A stretch of DNA of 54,722 nt, counting the filler, from Piptocephalis cylindrospora (Eukaryota), in NCBI GenBank assembly GCA_003614145.1. It is 3 parts of 3 records of this genome, joined end to end, with 100 filler letters (N's around TTAATTAATTAA, not from the genome) between each part and the next. Parts side by side here need not be neighbours in the genome. Positions count along the whole stretch, not along the records: positions 1 to 18,204 come from KZ987841.1; positions 18,305 to 36,489 come from KZ987842.1; 1 more part is not named here. One strand, given 5' to 3'. How positions within the stretch are numbered: the stretch's first letter is position 1; every line of letters starts with the position of its first letter. The notes beneath the pieces were generated by a model, which worked only from the letters and a program-made list of their open reading frames with translations, was not told the origin of the DNA and searched no databases. Shown here one piece after another: positions 13,404 through 25,369 of the stretch. Both the position numbers and the translations under genes were made by a program.

Positions 13404-14480
13404 TCATGCCTTATGTGCCATACGAGGATGATCGATGTGGATGGGGGATAGACCAGGGACCAGGAGGTTCATAGTACCTTTAGCGGTCAAGGAAAGGATG
13501 TAGCCCTCCCCCCGAAGGATGTCCCGTGAAAGAATGGAAAAGAGGATAAAACAGTAGATAGAAAAGCCGGTGCCCAGGTGCCAAAGGGCATGGAATTGCA
13601 GGAAGGAGGCGAAGAAGGAGTCGCCAGCCATGGTGCGAAGGGAGCGTATCTGGGAGCACAGGGCGGTATCAGCGACCCAAAGGGCAAAGGCCAGACCCAA
13701 AGAGACCCAAGCGAGGATGAGGATAGATTTTGCGGATTTCTTGGCAGGGTTAGAGGATGGTAGGATCGAGTAGGAACGAAGGCTAAAATAGAGGACCAGA
13801 AAGGTTTGAGAGGAAAAGAAAACAAGGAAAAACCAGGGGTTAGGGATAGAGGCGTAGGCTGGGGGGAAGACCAAGGTCTCGGTGATAAGGAGAGCGGGGA
13901 ACCAGGGACCACGAATCGGTTTATCCCGGACCTCAGACATGACATAAGTGAAAAGAACGATCATGAACCACATGGGCAGTTCGTCCAGGGCCTGGAACTC
14001 GCGGAGGAGGGTCATATGAAATAACCACGAGCCTACACCGATGAGGGCCAGGAGGGAGAAGCAGGCAGTATACCGAGTACCCAATTGCTTGGATCGACAT
14101 AGGTTGATCCCATACAAGGCCACGGCGACTGGCATGGGGATGTGAGCGGTATTTGGGGATCGTATATGGGGCTGTCGAGGGTTCACTTACCAAAGATCAA
14201 ATTGGAAACAGTGTTCCAAAATTCGGCAATGTACTTGCAAACAACATAATTTTCCTGGAAAGCAGATAGCATGAAAAGGTAAATGAGAGCATCAGAAGAG
14301 GGCTAGGACAGTTTAGACTTACCTCACACCAGTCTAATCGGGCAGTCCTATAAGGTTTTCCCATGAAGAGGGTGGTGTTGTTAATCCTGTTAGAATGAGT
14401 TTTACATGGCCTGACTTTCAAAGGTCCACTTACCCAGGCCAATATCCCTTGGTGGAGTCTAGAGGCTCAAAAAAATGCAT
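13404..14480 (-). CDS. Alkaline ceramidase (YPC1/YDC1/ACER3 family), copy A, 3 introns, 286 aa
   Basis: Exons 14480-14434, 14347-14323, 14254-14191 and 14128-13404 give MHFFEPLDSTKGYWPGTARLDWCE|ENYVVCKYIAEFWNTVSN...GSWLFHMTL...ALDELPM...QFHALWH. Multiple hydrophobic segments. Confidence 0.92.
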
Positions 14481-16000
14481 GAAGATGAATAGCTGCTGCA
14501 AGGAATTCGAATGTAACCTACAAAAGGAATGGATGAGTAAAAAGTAGGATGAGCCCTCTATCATGTTAAGATCCATCACCATCGTTTTTGTTACCTTGTC
14601 AATTAGGGGAAAGGAAGGCAAAGGAAAGGAAAGGAAAGGAAAGGAAAGAAAAAACACGCACACCTTAAGGGAAGATAGTCAAGAGAAAGGATGGCACAAT
14701 CGATGGGTATGAAGAATCGTTGAGGGAGGGGGAGGCCGTGTTTGGTGACCTGGAGTTGAATCATGATTTATACCTGCCTTTTTTCCGCCGTCAAAAAGTT
14801 GGATAGTGTATCTAGTGATGGAATGAGACCATCAGCAAGCACAAGAGCGTACCGGGACGTGCGTCTACATCAATGTCAGCACGTGCGGGGAACCATGAGC
14901 AACTAAACAGCACTTCCTCCGGATACAAGCTGTGGTTCTCTCCTCACCTAGGCGTGGAGAAGTGGGCGTCAGGGACTATTGTAAGGATGTCAAGGGTTGA
15001 TGGGAGAGTGTAGCTTTCCCCTAATTCCCAGCCTTCATCGGATCCTCCCGGGGGTGAAGGGATGACTAATCCACCGATACAAGATGGAGTTTGGTTCCTA
15101 AGACAGCAGGGTCCATTGGTGAGGGAGAGGGAGGGAGCGTGGGCGGAAAACATTATCTCTCCCCCTTTTCTTTCCTACCTATAGGAGAATGTGCTCATGG
15201 GCGCTGTAAGGATAAAGATCGTGGCCCTCTTTCCACTATGAAAATCTCGGAAAAGTTACTCCGAGGGATCTACTGAAGCCTCCTTTGAGCAAGCTATTGA
15301 TCTCGGCATAACCTCACCTCCTGTTCATCACTATGCTGGTAAACCTGTCTGTGACATGATGGTGACGAGGTAGAGTTGCAGGGGGAAGGGACTAGTGTAG
15401 TTAACCAACCAGAGGGAACACCTGTTCCCATCCCACATAACAAAAGCACACTCGGATTGTGCGCCGATTGGATTAGTCAAGCTCTTTCTTGCTCTCTCCC
15501 TTTCATCTTCCATCAGCGCTTACTCCCTGGTGCTGGCAGTGAGGGAAGGGCATGAGTCAGTGAGTACTGAGGATGAGTTTAGATCGATCCATGAGCATAC
15601 ATTAGATAGCCTTTCGGACCATAAAAGGATCGTGTTTCAAGCAACCATGCGCTGACTCAGCCAAGAGAAATGTGCTCTAGGTAGCACGCCAAACCCATAC
15701 CCATTGGTATACGCATTCAGCCATCGTCTCATTTACTCAGGCTATGGCAGCTCGCAATCACAGCAAAAAAATTGAATGGAAACATGTTCATTGGTGTTCA
15801 CACACGATTTATCATGACACAAGCAAACAAATTTAAAAGTTGTTAATCTATGATTATCAAAATATCCTCTATCCAGTCAATCACTCTACCCCCATCCCCA
15901 TGGATTTCCCGCACAAAGTCGATGTACACAGAGAAGCACATAGGCACACGCCATCTAACGTGGCCTAAAACAAGGGAGAAAGGATAGCCGCCCTTTATAT

Positions 16001-16864
16001 CTAGGCCATCTTGACCATCTTGACCTTTTCCAATCCAAGGGTGGGGAGGATTCCACCGCGCCAGTGAAGGTCAAAGCCCTTGGCCTTGCCTTGGGCCTGG
16101 AGATGAAGACCAAAGATAAGAAGGACAAAGCAGTAGGCCCCAAAACCACTAAGGATGTGCCACCAGGCGTGGAACTGGAGGATAAGGGAAAGAGGCCAGC
16201 CAACCCAGGTACGGCCCACACGCAAATGTTGACATAGGACATTGTCCGCCATCCACAGAATCCCACCAGAAGTATATGAGGCAAATGCCACCTTGACCAG
16301 AGAGCCCATACTGGCTTTGAAGTCCCGGGTCTCGGGTGTGTCCTTGATACGAACATATAGCATAAAGGAGTAGACGATGAGACCGTTGACCTGGCTCGAG
16401 TAGAGACCGAGGAAGATGAGCGGATTGGGCACGGCTAGGTAGATCCAGGTGAAGAGAAGGGCCTCAAGGCCCATGGCCCAGGCCAGGACCCGGGTCCGAA
16501 GTCCCCTGGACTCCTTGATCCCCAGATTAGCCATGGCATACGTGAGGACACAGACGACGTAGACCATGGGTAGCTCGTCCAGTAACTGCATCTCGTAGAT
16601 GAGGGTCATGTGGAAGAGCCAGGACCCGATGCCCACCAGAGCAATACCCAAGTAAGCCAGGGTGAATCGGTGGCCCAGACCCAAACGGTGGGTCATGCTG
16701 GCGCCGTAGAGGGAGAGGATGAGGAAGAAGGCGTTGGATAGGGTATTCCAAAACTCGGCAATGTAGTTACACGCAGCGTAATTCTCCTCGCACCAGTCCA
16801 TAGTGGCCGTTTGTTTCCAGTAGTACCCAGAGGCGCTTGGGCCGGCTGGTTCAAAGTGATGCAT
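16001..16864 (-). CDS. Alkaline ceramidase (YPC1/YDC1/ACER3 family), copy B, intronless, 287 aa
   Basis: Single ORF with DWCEENY, AEFWNTLSN, GSWLFHMTL, QLLDELPM and QFHAWWH motifs. Confidence 0.95.
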   Translation of the reverse strand: MHHFEPAGPSASGYYWKQTATMDWCEENYAACNYIAEFWNTLSNAFFLILSLYGASMTHRLGLGHRFTLAYLGIALVGIGSWLFHMTLIYEMQLLDELPMVYVVCVLTYAMANLGIKESRGLRTRVLAWAMGLEALLFTWIYLAVPNPLIFLGLYSSQVNGLIVYSFMLYVRIKDTPETRDFKASMGSLVKVAFASYTSGGILWMADNVLCQHLRVGRTWVGWPLSLILQFHAWWHILSGFGAYCFVLLIFGLHLQAQGKAKGFDLHWRGGILPTLGLEKVKMVKMA

Positions 16865-18019
16865 TGTGCGAGGGCGTGGGAGGGAAGAGAAGAGAGTAGT
16901 AGTAAGTGGTACAAAGGGAAGGATAGGAAGAGCGGCTCACGAGTTGGTCCCTTTTATTGTTATAGGCAGTGGTCGGCTCTATGAAAGGAACAGATGATGC
17001 GGTGTCATCGAGCAGCATCTGCGCTGCTCATTATGCGACTTGGAGCCTCCCGTCACTGATCCAAGCATGCCTAATAAAGCATCGAGTAATGTGAATGCTA
17101 CATGACATGCCTCTTGTGGCTGCTCTGTGCATGACTTTCTGTCTTATTCCTGCGCAGAATGGCTAATGCCGGGAGCCCCTCCTATTGAATGATCGTATCA
17201 CCCCTATCACACCTATTGAGGATTAGGAGATATTGATGGCAGTGGGAAGGAGGCCATTAAGCCAAGGAAATACCACGTCCAATGCTTATGTGTGTGGCAG
17301 CCCTATGTGCACACGCGCGTCACCTTCCCTTCTTGCCTCACCCTTTGACCCATAATCACCTTGGTTACAAGGCTACTTATGTACAACCCCTCTCCCCACA
17401 ACATGCACTAGAAGGGATGAGCACCCTTCCAGATGAATATGGAAAGTCAGATCACATGTGGTGCTGGAGACCCTACCTCGCATCCACAACAGTATTATTA
17501 GGAACACAAGGTCCACCAAGGAATAGGAAGGTGGGACAGAGGGCCAGGTCGGCTCCAGTTCAGGTTTTATGCCATGATGATTAGGAATAGTGGTAGCCAC
17601 ATGGATGACGTGTGCATATGGACCATATGAAACCCCAGTAGCATGCATTGACTACCATCCGAGAATGGAATACAATCGCCACCAAGAGAGGAAGGAGTGT
17701 GAAGAACGTGAACCCATGCGCCGTGAGACCCCAATCTCCACTCACCCCTGCCAAAAAAGTTGCCTCGATCGATATCATGTTAGAGCCGATGTTTCATCAC
17801 AAGTCGATCATCGCATGTGGAGATGGCGTTGCTAGAAATGACCCAAAACATTCCTCGTCTATGTTGTCCATGTCTTCCCATAGCAACATAATAATAACAC
17901 AGTACATCTACATCATTGACAAACAAGCGTGCATTGTTGATGAAAAAAGATGAGGAAAAGCATGGAAATCCTCACCCATGTGGGTTTCAGAGAGAGGGAA
18001 CAAGAGCAAGAGGAATGAT

Positions 18020-18204
18020 CTAGTACTCATCCATCACCTCCTCCTCCTCCTCGACAGAGTCCATGCCAACCTCCTCGTAGTCCTTCTCGAGGGCAGCAAG
18101 ATCCTCCCGGGCCTCGGAGAACTCTCCCTCCTCCATGCCCTCACCGACATACCAGTGGACAAAGGCACGCTTGGCGTACATGAGATCGAACTTGTGGTCA
18201 AGAC
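18020..18204 (-). CDS. TUB1: Alpha-tubulin, 3' end only (truncated by contig end)
   Basis: The reverse strand reads [60 protein letters not shown]. It is absent from the ORF track because there is no start codon. Confidence 0.97.
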
Positions 18205-18304
18205 NNNNNNNNNNNNNNNNNNNNNNNNNNNNNNNNNNNNNNNNNNNNTTAATTAATTAANNNNNNNNNNNNNNNNNNNNNNNNNNNNNNNNNNNNNNNN
18301 NNNN
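18205..18304. other. Artificial contig-joining spacer
   Basis: N44-TTAATTAATTAA-N44, which gives stops in all six frames. Confidence 0.97.
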
Positions 18305-19275
18305 CTCCGCCCCTAGAATCACCTTGTCTTCTTCACAAAGACCGCCTTCTTCCTTTACCACTAACCCCTCTACATTCGTCCATGAATAATCTTTTAGTGA
18401 AGAAGTAAGGTATAAGTAGCCGGACATTCGATCCCTTTTTGCATCAGTCTGAAGAATACATGTCAAATTTCCCTCCATTTTTCCATCCCCTCCTCCCTCG
18501 TGAACCCTCCCCTGATTAAGATACCCTTTGATAAGAATTGATTCCAGTTAAGAACACGTCCCTAAGTCCCATTTTGCCGATCCAAGATTCCTCAAGATAA
18601 AGTCAAGCCCTGATTAAGATTTCCAAGGCCAAATTTCAATCCCTTCTAATTCCATCGTGAGATTCAGATCTCCATTTCCAACACAGCATCATCATTCAAA
18701 CCCAAATCACCACAAGAAATGTGTATAAAGAGATAATGGTGAGCAAGTGGCTGTGTAGGACTGCGAAGAGGATCAGCTTCTCTGGAAAGATCTATAAGAT
18801 CTCATTTTTCAACGAAATCCAGAAAGTTACATTTTAGACATCAGAGCAGGGTATTTAATATTAGACACGACGTGTAAATGCGAAAATATTCCCATCTATA
18901 AAAATCAATAATTGAATAGCTCGAGCCGGGTATAACGCGTCCTGAAATTCCCCAATACATTTCGCTGTTTACTACCACGCCCTAAAAGTAAAAAAATCGC
19001 GGGAACATGAGTTATTTGCCATATATTTTGCATAATCAACGCGTTTTTAAAATGGCTAGGGAATATAACGCTAATGGGCAGTGGACAGGGGATTTCAAAG
19101 TCATGATGCCTTCGCCATAATGATAAAAGGGGCTTCCGTCCATGTTGGAGGGAAGCTCCACAATCTCCCAAGCGCCCTTCTGACCAGAGCCTACAAGGCA
19201 CGCTTACATATACTAGGTGAGTAGAGCACACGATGTTTTTCTCCCCTTCTTAGACACACATTCAAGCCCTTCGTC

Positions 19276-19306
19276 TTGGATGCCACGCGCTTTGGATGCC
19301 ACGCGC
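19276..19306. repeat. Short tandem direct repeat TTGGATGCCACGCGC x2
   Basis: Copies at 19276-19290 and 19292-19306, in non-coding DNA. Confidence 0.7.
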
Positions 19307-20348
19307 CTTCCCGTCTACGGACCATAGGTATATGTTCGTGCATCCCCGCCTGAGCCATTAGATGTGTTGGAGGATGTGGATCTTCTCTTCATTCAAATGA
19401 GTGTATGGTTAGTTCTCTCACGGAAGCCCCACATCTCCTGATCAATATGTTTCAAGGGACTTAACGGCCGTCAAGAGGATAATCGAAAAAATGATATGCT
19501 CGCCATAAATTATCGGCCTAACTAGCATGTCAACTAGTTCACCATCTCTGAGTATCATCTGCTGTATCCCTCCACCATTCCTAGATCTCACTATACCAGC
19601 TCGATTCAGTATAAGCAGTCAGGAGCGATATAAATGAGGTTCAAGTTCTTCCCTCTCCGTGGTATAAGTCTGTATTTTTCCCCGGTTAGAAGGTTGCCTT
19701 TATCGTATTAGCATAATAGAGCCACGCTTTTCAAGCCAAGAAGGAAGTTTTTGATGGGGCAGGCGCTTCTGCCTCATAATCATCATTAAAACTATGACGT
19801 TGTGTTGGACGAGGCCTCATCACAGCATGGCTCCATCCTCCGCTGCTGCAATGGTCCTATTCTCGGACCTCTCTGCGATGTTTTGCCGACCCCACTATTC
19901 TCCCACGCCTCCCAGTGCATCCACACACTCAATACACTCAGAGAAGTGCCCTTCTCCCTCTTTCCCCACACACAGGCCTCTATCTCAGCCGCTATCTTAC
20001 CCCACAGACGCCCCTCCCTCCCCGGCTTGTGCTGTGCGGGAATTGAACATGCTCCTGCTATAAATCTGCCTTGTGCCCATGGGAAAACTCTGTCACTCTG
20101 GTCGGTCCAACTTTCCTTCCGCTCCGCCCTCGTTATCTTCCTTTAAAAGAAACATCCCCCTTTGTCTCTGCCCAAATTGCACGGGGAAAGTCACTTCTAT
20201 CCCCATCTCAACCTTCCTTGTTCTATCTCCGTAGCCCTTTGGCCTAGCCTAAACACTCGAAGCTAGCTTTCTACTCATTTTGCCCAGATAGCCACCAAGC
20301 ACCTCTGTCCCATACCCTTGTCCTTTGATCCATTCTCTCTATCTCGCC

Positions 20349-22650
20349 ATGCCATTACCCAGAATTCCATCTATCCGAGTCTTGCAAAACCCAAGGGAGA
20401 TGGCCTTGGGTCTCATCCACCAGGTAAACGCTACCACTGGAAGGGCATGTCCTTGCCACGGGGGTGCACGCCATGACCACCACCACCATTCGGTTACCGG
20501 TGGGGCATCTCGTCCAAAATTTGCTTCTACTATCAATACATCCACGGATTATGCCTTTGAAATGGCTGCTTCGAGCATCCGATATGGCGAGGGCGTGACC
20601 CAGGAGGTTGGCATGGACTGTGCCAACCTTCATGCTAAGCGTGTCCTCGTCGTCACAGATCCCAAAATTGCCAAGTTGAGCCCGCTCAAACGCGTCCTTG
20701 ACTCCCTCAAGACTTCTGGGGTCTCCCACGATGTTTTTGATCAAGTGCGTGTTGAACCTACCGACTCAAGGTAAGTCAATGGACCCAATAGGAAACCTCC
20801 TCACCCTCTAACCCTATAATCGGCTTGCTCCTCTTCATAGCTTTGCCAAGGCCATTGCCTTTGCTAAAAACTACAAGCCTGATGTTATCGTTGCCGTCGG
20901 AGGCGGGTCCACCATGGATACGGCCAAGGCTGCAAACCTCTATAGCACATATCTAGAGGCAGATTTCCTGGACTTTGTAAATCCTCCCATCGGCAAGGGT
21001 CTTCCTGTTGATCGGCCCCTAAAGCCCCTTATCGCGAGTACGTCTAAAGTTTACATGGGAGCTTGATCTAGAATTTTTTTCAAATCACTTAAACCCCTTT
21101 GCTCATGTCCTCATTAGTTCCCACTACTGCTGGGACGGGAAGTGAGACAACTGGAACCACCATCTTTGATTATGAGGCTCTTGGGGTCAAGACAGGTATC
21201 GCCCATCGAAATCTACGCCCTATGCTCGGTATTGTCGACCCACTCAACACACAGTCCATGCCGCCTCAAGTGAGGGCTGCCTCTGGTCTTGACGTGCTAT
21301 GGTAAGTAAAAGGGATATAATGAAGATTAAAGAATAGGTGTTTCCAGGCCAAACATCCTGGAAGGTGGGTAGTTGTTAACACGACCTTTCCAATCCCTGC
21401 TCATGCATAGTCATGCTCTTGAGTCCTATACAGCCATCCCATACAATCAGAGGAGCCCACGTCCTGATAACCCATTGAACCGTCCTGCCTACCAAGGTGC
21501 GAACCCAATTAGCGATATCTGGTCACTTAAGGCCTTGGGCATGGTCATTCAAGCTCTTCCCCGCTCTGTGAAGAATCCAGATGACTACCAGGCTCAAGCT
21601 GATATGCTCTTGGCCTCCACGTATGCAGGCATTGGCTTTGGAAATGCTGGGGTTCATCTCTGGTAAGTTTGTGATCAATGGTGATGGTATGAGGAGGAGG
21701 AGGGGGCTTTTGAACGGCCATAGTAGCTCGAATGCGTGTGTGCATGTGTATATTTAAAGAAAGGTCTGGTAACTCATCGGTTTGGCCTTACATATGAACT
21801 GATCCTCTATCCTCGCCCTACCAATTGGGAATCAATAACCTATAGCCATGGTATGAGCTATCCCATTAGCGGCCTCGTCAAGAATTACCATCATCCTGGA
21901 TACCCCACGGACCATTCTATTGTGGTGAGTCTTAAAAAAGTCATGAGTGCTTTGAGTAGCTCTCGGTGGAATACTCACTAGATAGCTTTCTCATGAATCC
22001 AACTCTACCACTTGCTCATCATATCCATATCACTCTCATATCTCACGATTTATAGCCGCACGGAGTGTCAGTGGCTATGACCTCCCCAGCTGTCTTCAAA
22101 TTTACTGGAGCCGCCTGTCCCGAAAGGCATCTGGAGGCTGCCAAGCTCTTTGGTACGTGTACTGCTGCTAAAGTGGGTTTGAGAGGGATAGTGAAAAGGG
22201 TATGGTGGAAAAAGGGCGGTGAGCCGGGTCATATTTGCAGTAAGATTCCTTACTCATCCTATACATCCCACCTTAACATTGGGCATATCCTTGATGTGGA
22301 GTAGGAGCTGATGTGAGCAATGCCCGCCTTGAAGATGCTGGAACTATCTTGTCTGAAAAGCTCAGAGAGTTTCTTTACAAACTAGACCAGCTTCCCAATG
22401 GCCTTACTGGTATGGGGTTCCAGTCAAGCGATATCGCCAAGTTGGTTGAAGGCACATTGCCTCAGGTAAGTAATGTACTTTTTTCTCATGAATGAGGAGT
22501 GGGTTATTTCAGTCATTTTACAATTGATAATGCTAATCCCCCCTTTCACAAATCCTGTGATAGCAACGTGTCCTCAAGCTGGCTCCCGCTGGAGCTGGGC
22601 AGCAAGAGAACTTGACTAAGCTATTCGAGTCATCTATGTCTCTTTTCTAA
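20349..22650 (+). CDS. ADHFE1: Hydroxyacid-oxoacid transhydrogenase (iron-containing ADH family), probably mitochondrial
   Basis: Eight exons (20349-20770, 20841-21037, 21118-21301, 21411-21662, 21846-21924, 22056-22152, 22305-22465, 22564-22650). Motifs [90 protein letters not shown]. Confidence 0.95.
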
Positions 22651-22783
22651 GATACTCCCAAACGCCTTTCAATTCGCGACAAGGATCAGCAGTCAGAGCT
22701 GTCTATTGAAATGCCCTTGAAGGCCCTCAAATTTTCTCTTTAACTGCTCTACTGCGCCAATAAACCGAATTCGCTACTCAGTA

Positions 22784-24375
22784 TTATGGGAGCAGGGCCA
22801 GCTCTAGAGCAAAGGCGACAGCAAGACGAGCAAACCTCTTGGCGTGATTGTAGTCAATATTCTCTAGTGAATCTTCTTGGGTATGAAGAACCTTATTGAC
22901 CTCCATGTCGTTTGCTATTTGATGAGGAGGGACGGGGGGTGATGAGTGTCACATTGCCTGATCAAGCAGTAACTGATTTCAATAATGGATATTCCTTTTC
23001 CAGCCCCCAGCTTCGCCGAAACGTACATTCAAAAACTAGGGAAGTGGGGAAGTTTTTGCGAAACCAGGGATAATTATCACTGCAAGCATATCCGCATTGA
23101 AAGTCCTTAGGGATGGCGTCCGTGTATGTCTTGACCAAAGATCGAACAAATTGGCTCAGCTGGGGATTGGTATTGTCGTTGGCAACGCCAATCACAGGAT
23201 TTGACCCCTTCCCTTGGGGAAAAGCCACCATGTCCATCATCAGGGCTCCTGCGACTTTCTTGTGCCCTTTAACATATGATCGAACAACAGCTTGGGATCC
23301 CAAGAGGCCAGCTTCCTCCCCAGAGTACCAATGGAACTCGATCGGATGTTTCAGGGGCGTATTAGCCAGCATAACGCATCGTAGAGCCTCCATCAACACC
23401 ACTACACCGCTTCCATTATCATCTATGCACATCGGTGTGGTGATAAAGAAATTAGCGTGCATATAGGAGATGTAAGGACGTAGCTTTAAACACCACCATC
23501 TCCCCATAAATGGGGATTTAAGCCCCATCTGAATGCGCGATAAGCACTTACCGGCTCCAGGTGCTCTACCACTTCGTGGATCCTTAATGTTAACTGAATC
23601 ATAATGAGCTCCGAGGATGACAGCAGGATTTGAGCTGCTTTCTGATTTGACGGATGCCTCAACACGAACGATGAAGGAGGGCTGATCCCAAGGATGATCC
23701 ATACGCTGTAGTTTGACCCTTGATTTCATGCTTGCCGGTGAGGCATTCAGAATGCTTTGCAATACTCCTGCAATCCATTTTCCTGAAAGGGCCTATTTTG
23801 TAAGAGAAGTGAGGATGGCGATTAGTGTGATTATGCCGCGGCAAGAGGACCAAAACACAACTCACTCCCTGAGACGACAGGATATTTCGGGTATGGAATT
23901 GTGTAAGCAATGGGAGGATCCTCTCCATTAGCTGAGTATTAACCGCTTGGTCTAGGACAGCTCTAACAATTCTTTCCTGCTGTGGGTGCGAAGGAAGTGG
24001 AAGGTTTAATGCTGGCGGATTGGTGTTTGTTAATTGGTGACTGTCTACCTTTAAACCATTTCAAATAAGCTGATTGCTCCTACCTTTCTTCCGTGGTCGT
24101 CGGATAAATGAGAGAACATTATCCTTTGGTTCATCGTAGGTAAGATCCATAAAATTGGTTCGGTTCATCATCAGTTCCTCTACGACCTGTTCAGGCACCT
24201 CAACCTCAGGACCATCCTCCTTTAACTGGACAATGTGCTTTAAGGTGTCATAGTTGTCTGGGTGGTCAGGATGAAGGTCATTTATCTCCTGGGCAAGTGC
24301 AGGAGCCAATAGGACCAAGGTGATAGCGATGATCAGGCAAGTAGATGACTGGGGGAAGGGCGGAGTTTTTCGCAT
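22784..24375 (-). CDS. Secreted M28 leucyl aminopeptidase (LAP1-like)
   Basis: Signal peptide CLIIAITLVLLAPALA and a propeptide. Zn-ligand motifs ILGAHYDS, PGADDNGSG (split by an intron), HWYSGEEAGLLGS, MMDMV, CGYACSD, and last exon VLHTQED...FALEL*. Confidence 0.9.
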
Positions 24376-25369
24376 AATACTGTATCTTTAATAATAGAGT
24401 GAGGGTGAAGGTTGTTTCGAGGGATTTGAGGTATATGTTGAAGGAAAGGATAGGGACGGGTTGGAATTGTGCAAGGTGGATACATTATATATTCTTTCTA
24501 AACTCACTTCGTGATTACCCTCGTACAATGATCTTTCCCAAGAGACTCCCCCCTGAAGTGACGTAAAAACCTTCCCTAATCTCCATTATTTGCCGCTAGG
24601 GCCTTGGAGATAATACAAGCCGAAAGTAGCCCCTTCCCCTGAGCTTCTCGGTTCCTTTTACTGTGGGATTTTTCATTCCTGTATGGGGAGTTTAGACTCA
24701 AGGGATCATACGATGGAGCTGTTGAAAAACACATTGTCTTATGGGAAAATGCACTCAAACGGCTACACAGACTCACGCTCTTGGACTTTAGAGGAGGCGA
24801 TGAATGAAGGACATCATCGACAATGGCCTCCATCATATCGCGTCGCTCATGCAACCTTCCGCATAACAGGATACCTCCTGGGCAATGAGATTGACTCTTA
24901 GGAGTCGGGAGTGGTGAAAAGCAAACATAATGCCTACCATAGCAGATGTACCATGCCTATAGCACCTGGCCACATGTGCTGGGGCCTGTCCGATATGGGC
25001 TTCGATCGAGTCGATGAGCTCAGTGACCTTGGCATATCCAGAGGAGGCAGTAAGAAGGATGTACTTGTTATCTGTCTTGAGATTGCGGAAACGCACGTTT
25101 CTTTCTGCAGCAGTATCAGCAGCGGCAGTGCTGGAATCGGAGGAGGCAATTGAGTCATGAACGCTCTCCATCAGCCATTATGACCAAAAAGGTAAGTGAT
25201 ACCTAACATAAAATCTCAGTACAAATACTGTAATTCATACCAGTTGCATAGTATTTCCAATATCCGTCGACTATGTATTATCCACGCATACATCCCAATC
25301 GTCCTAAACGCCATTCATCCATATTTAAGGCGGGAAATCATCAAAGGCTCAGGTAAGACCAGCACACAC

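Noticed and set aside
14605..14650. (GGAAA)n run; also (CCCAT)n near 10383-10410 and (GATAG)n near 6944-6966
   Set aside because: Ordinary microsatellites without spacers; not CRISPR or telomeric arrays.
14900..15560. Short ORFs between the two ceramidase genes
   Set aside because: No motifs and frequent stops in all frames; cannot support a gene call.
17280..17950. Overlapping 65-100 aa ORFs on both strands
   Set aside because: No family signature; probably intergenic or 3' UTR sequence.
17978..18256. Plus-strand 92-aa ORF
   Set aside because: Antisense shadow of the alpha-tubulin 3' end.
18205..18304. Palindromic TTAATTAATTAA flanked by Ns (also at 36490-36589) as a biological element
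   Set aside because: Identical design at both sites with six-frame stops, so it is an assembly linker. Gene adjacency across these points is meaningless.
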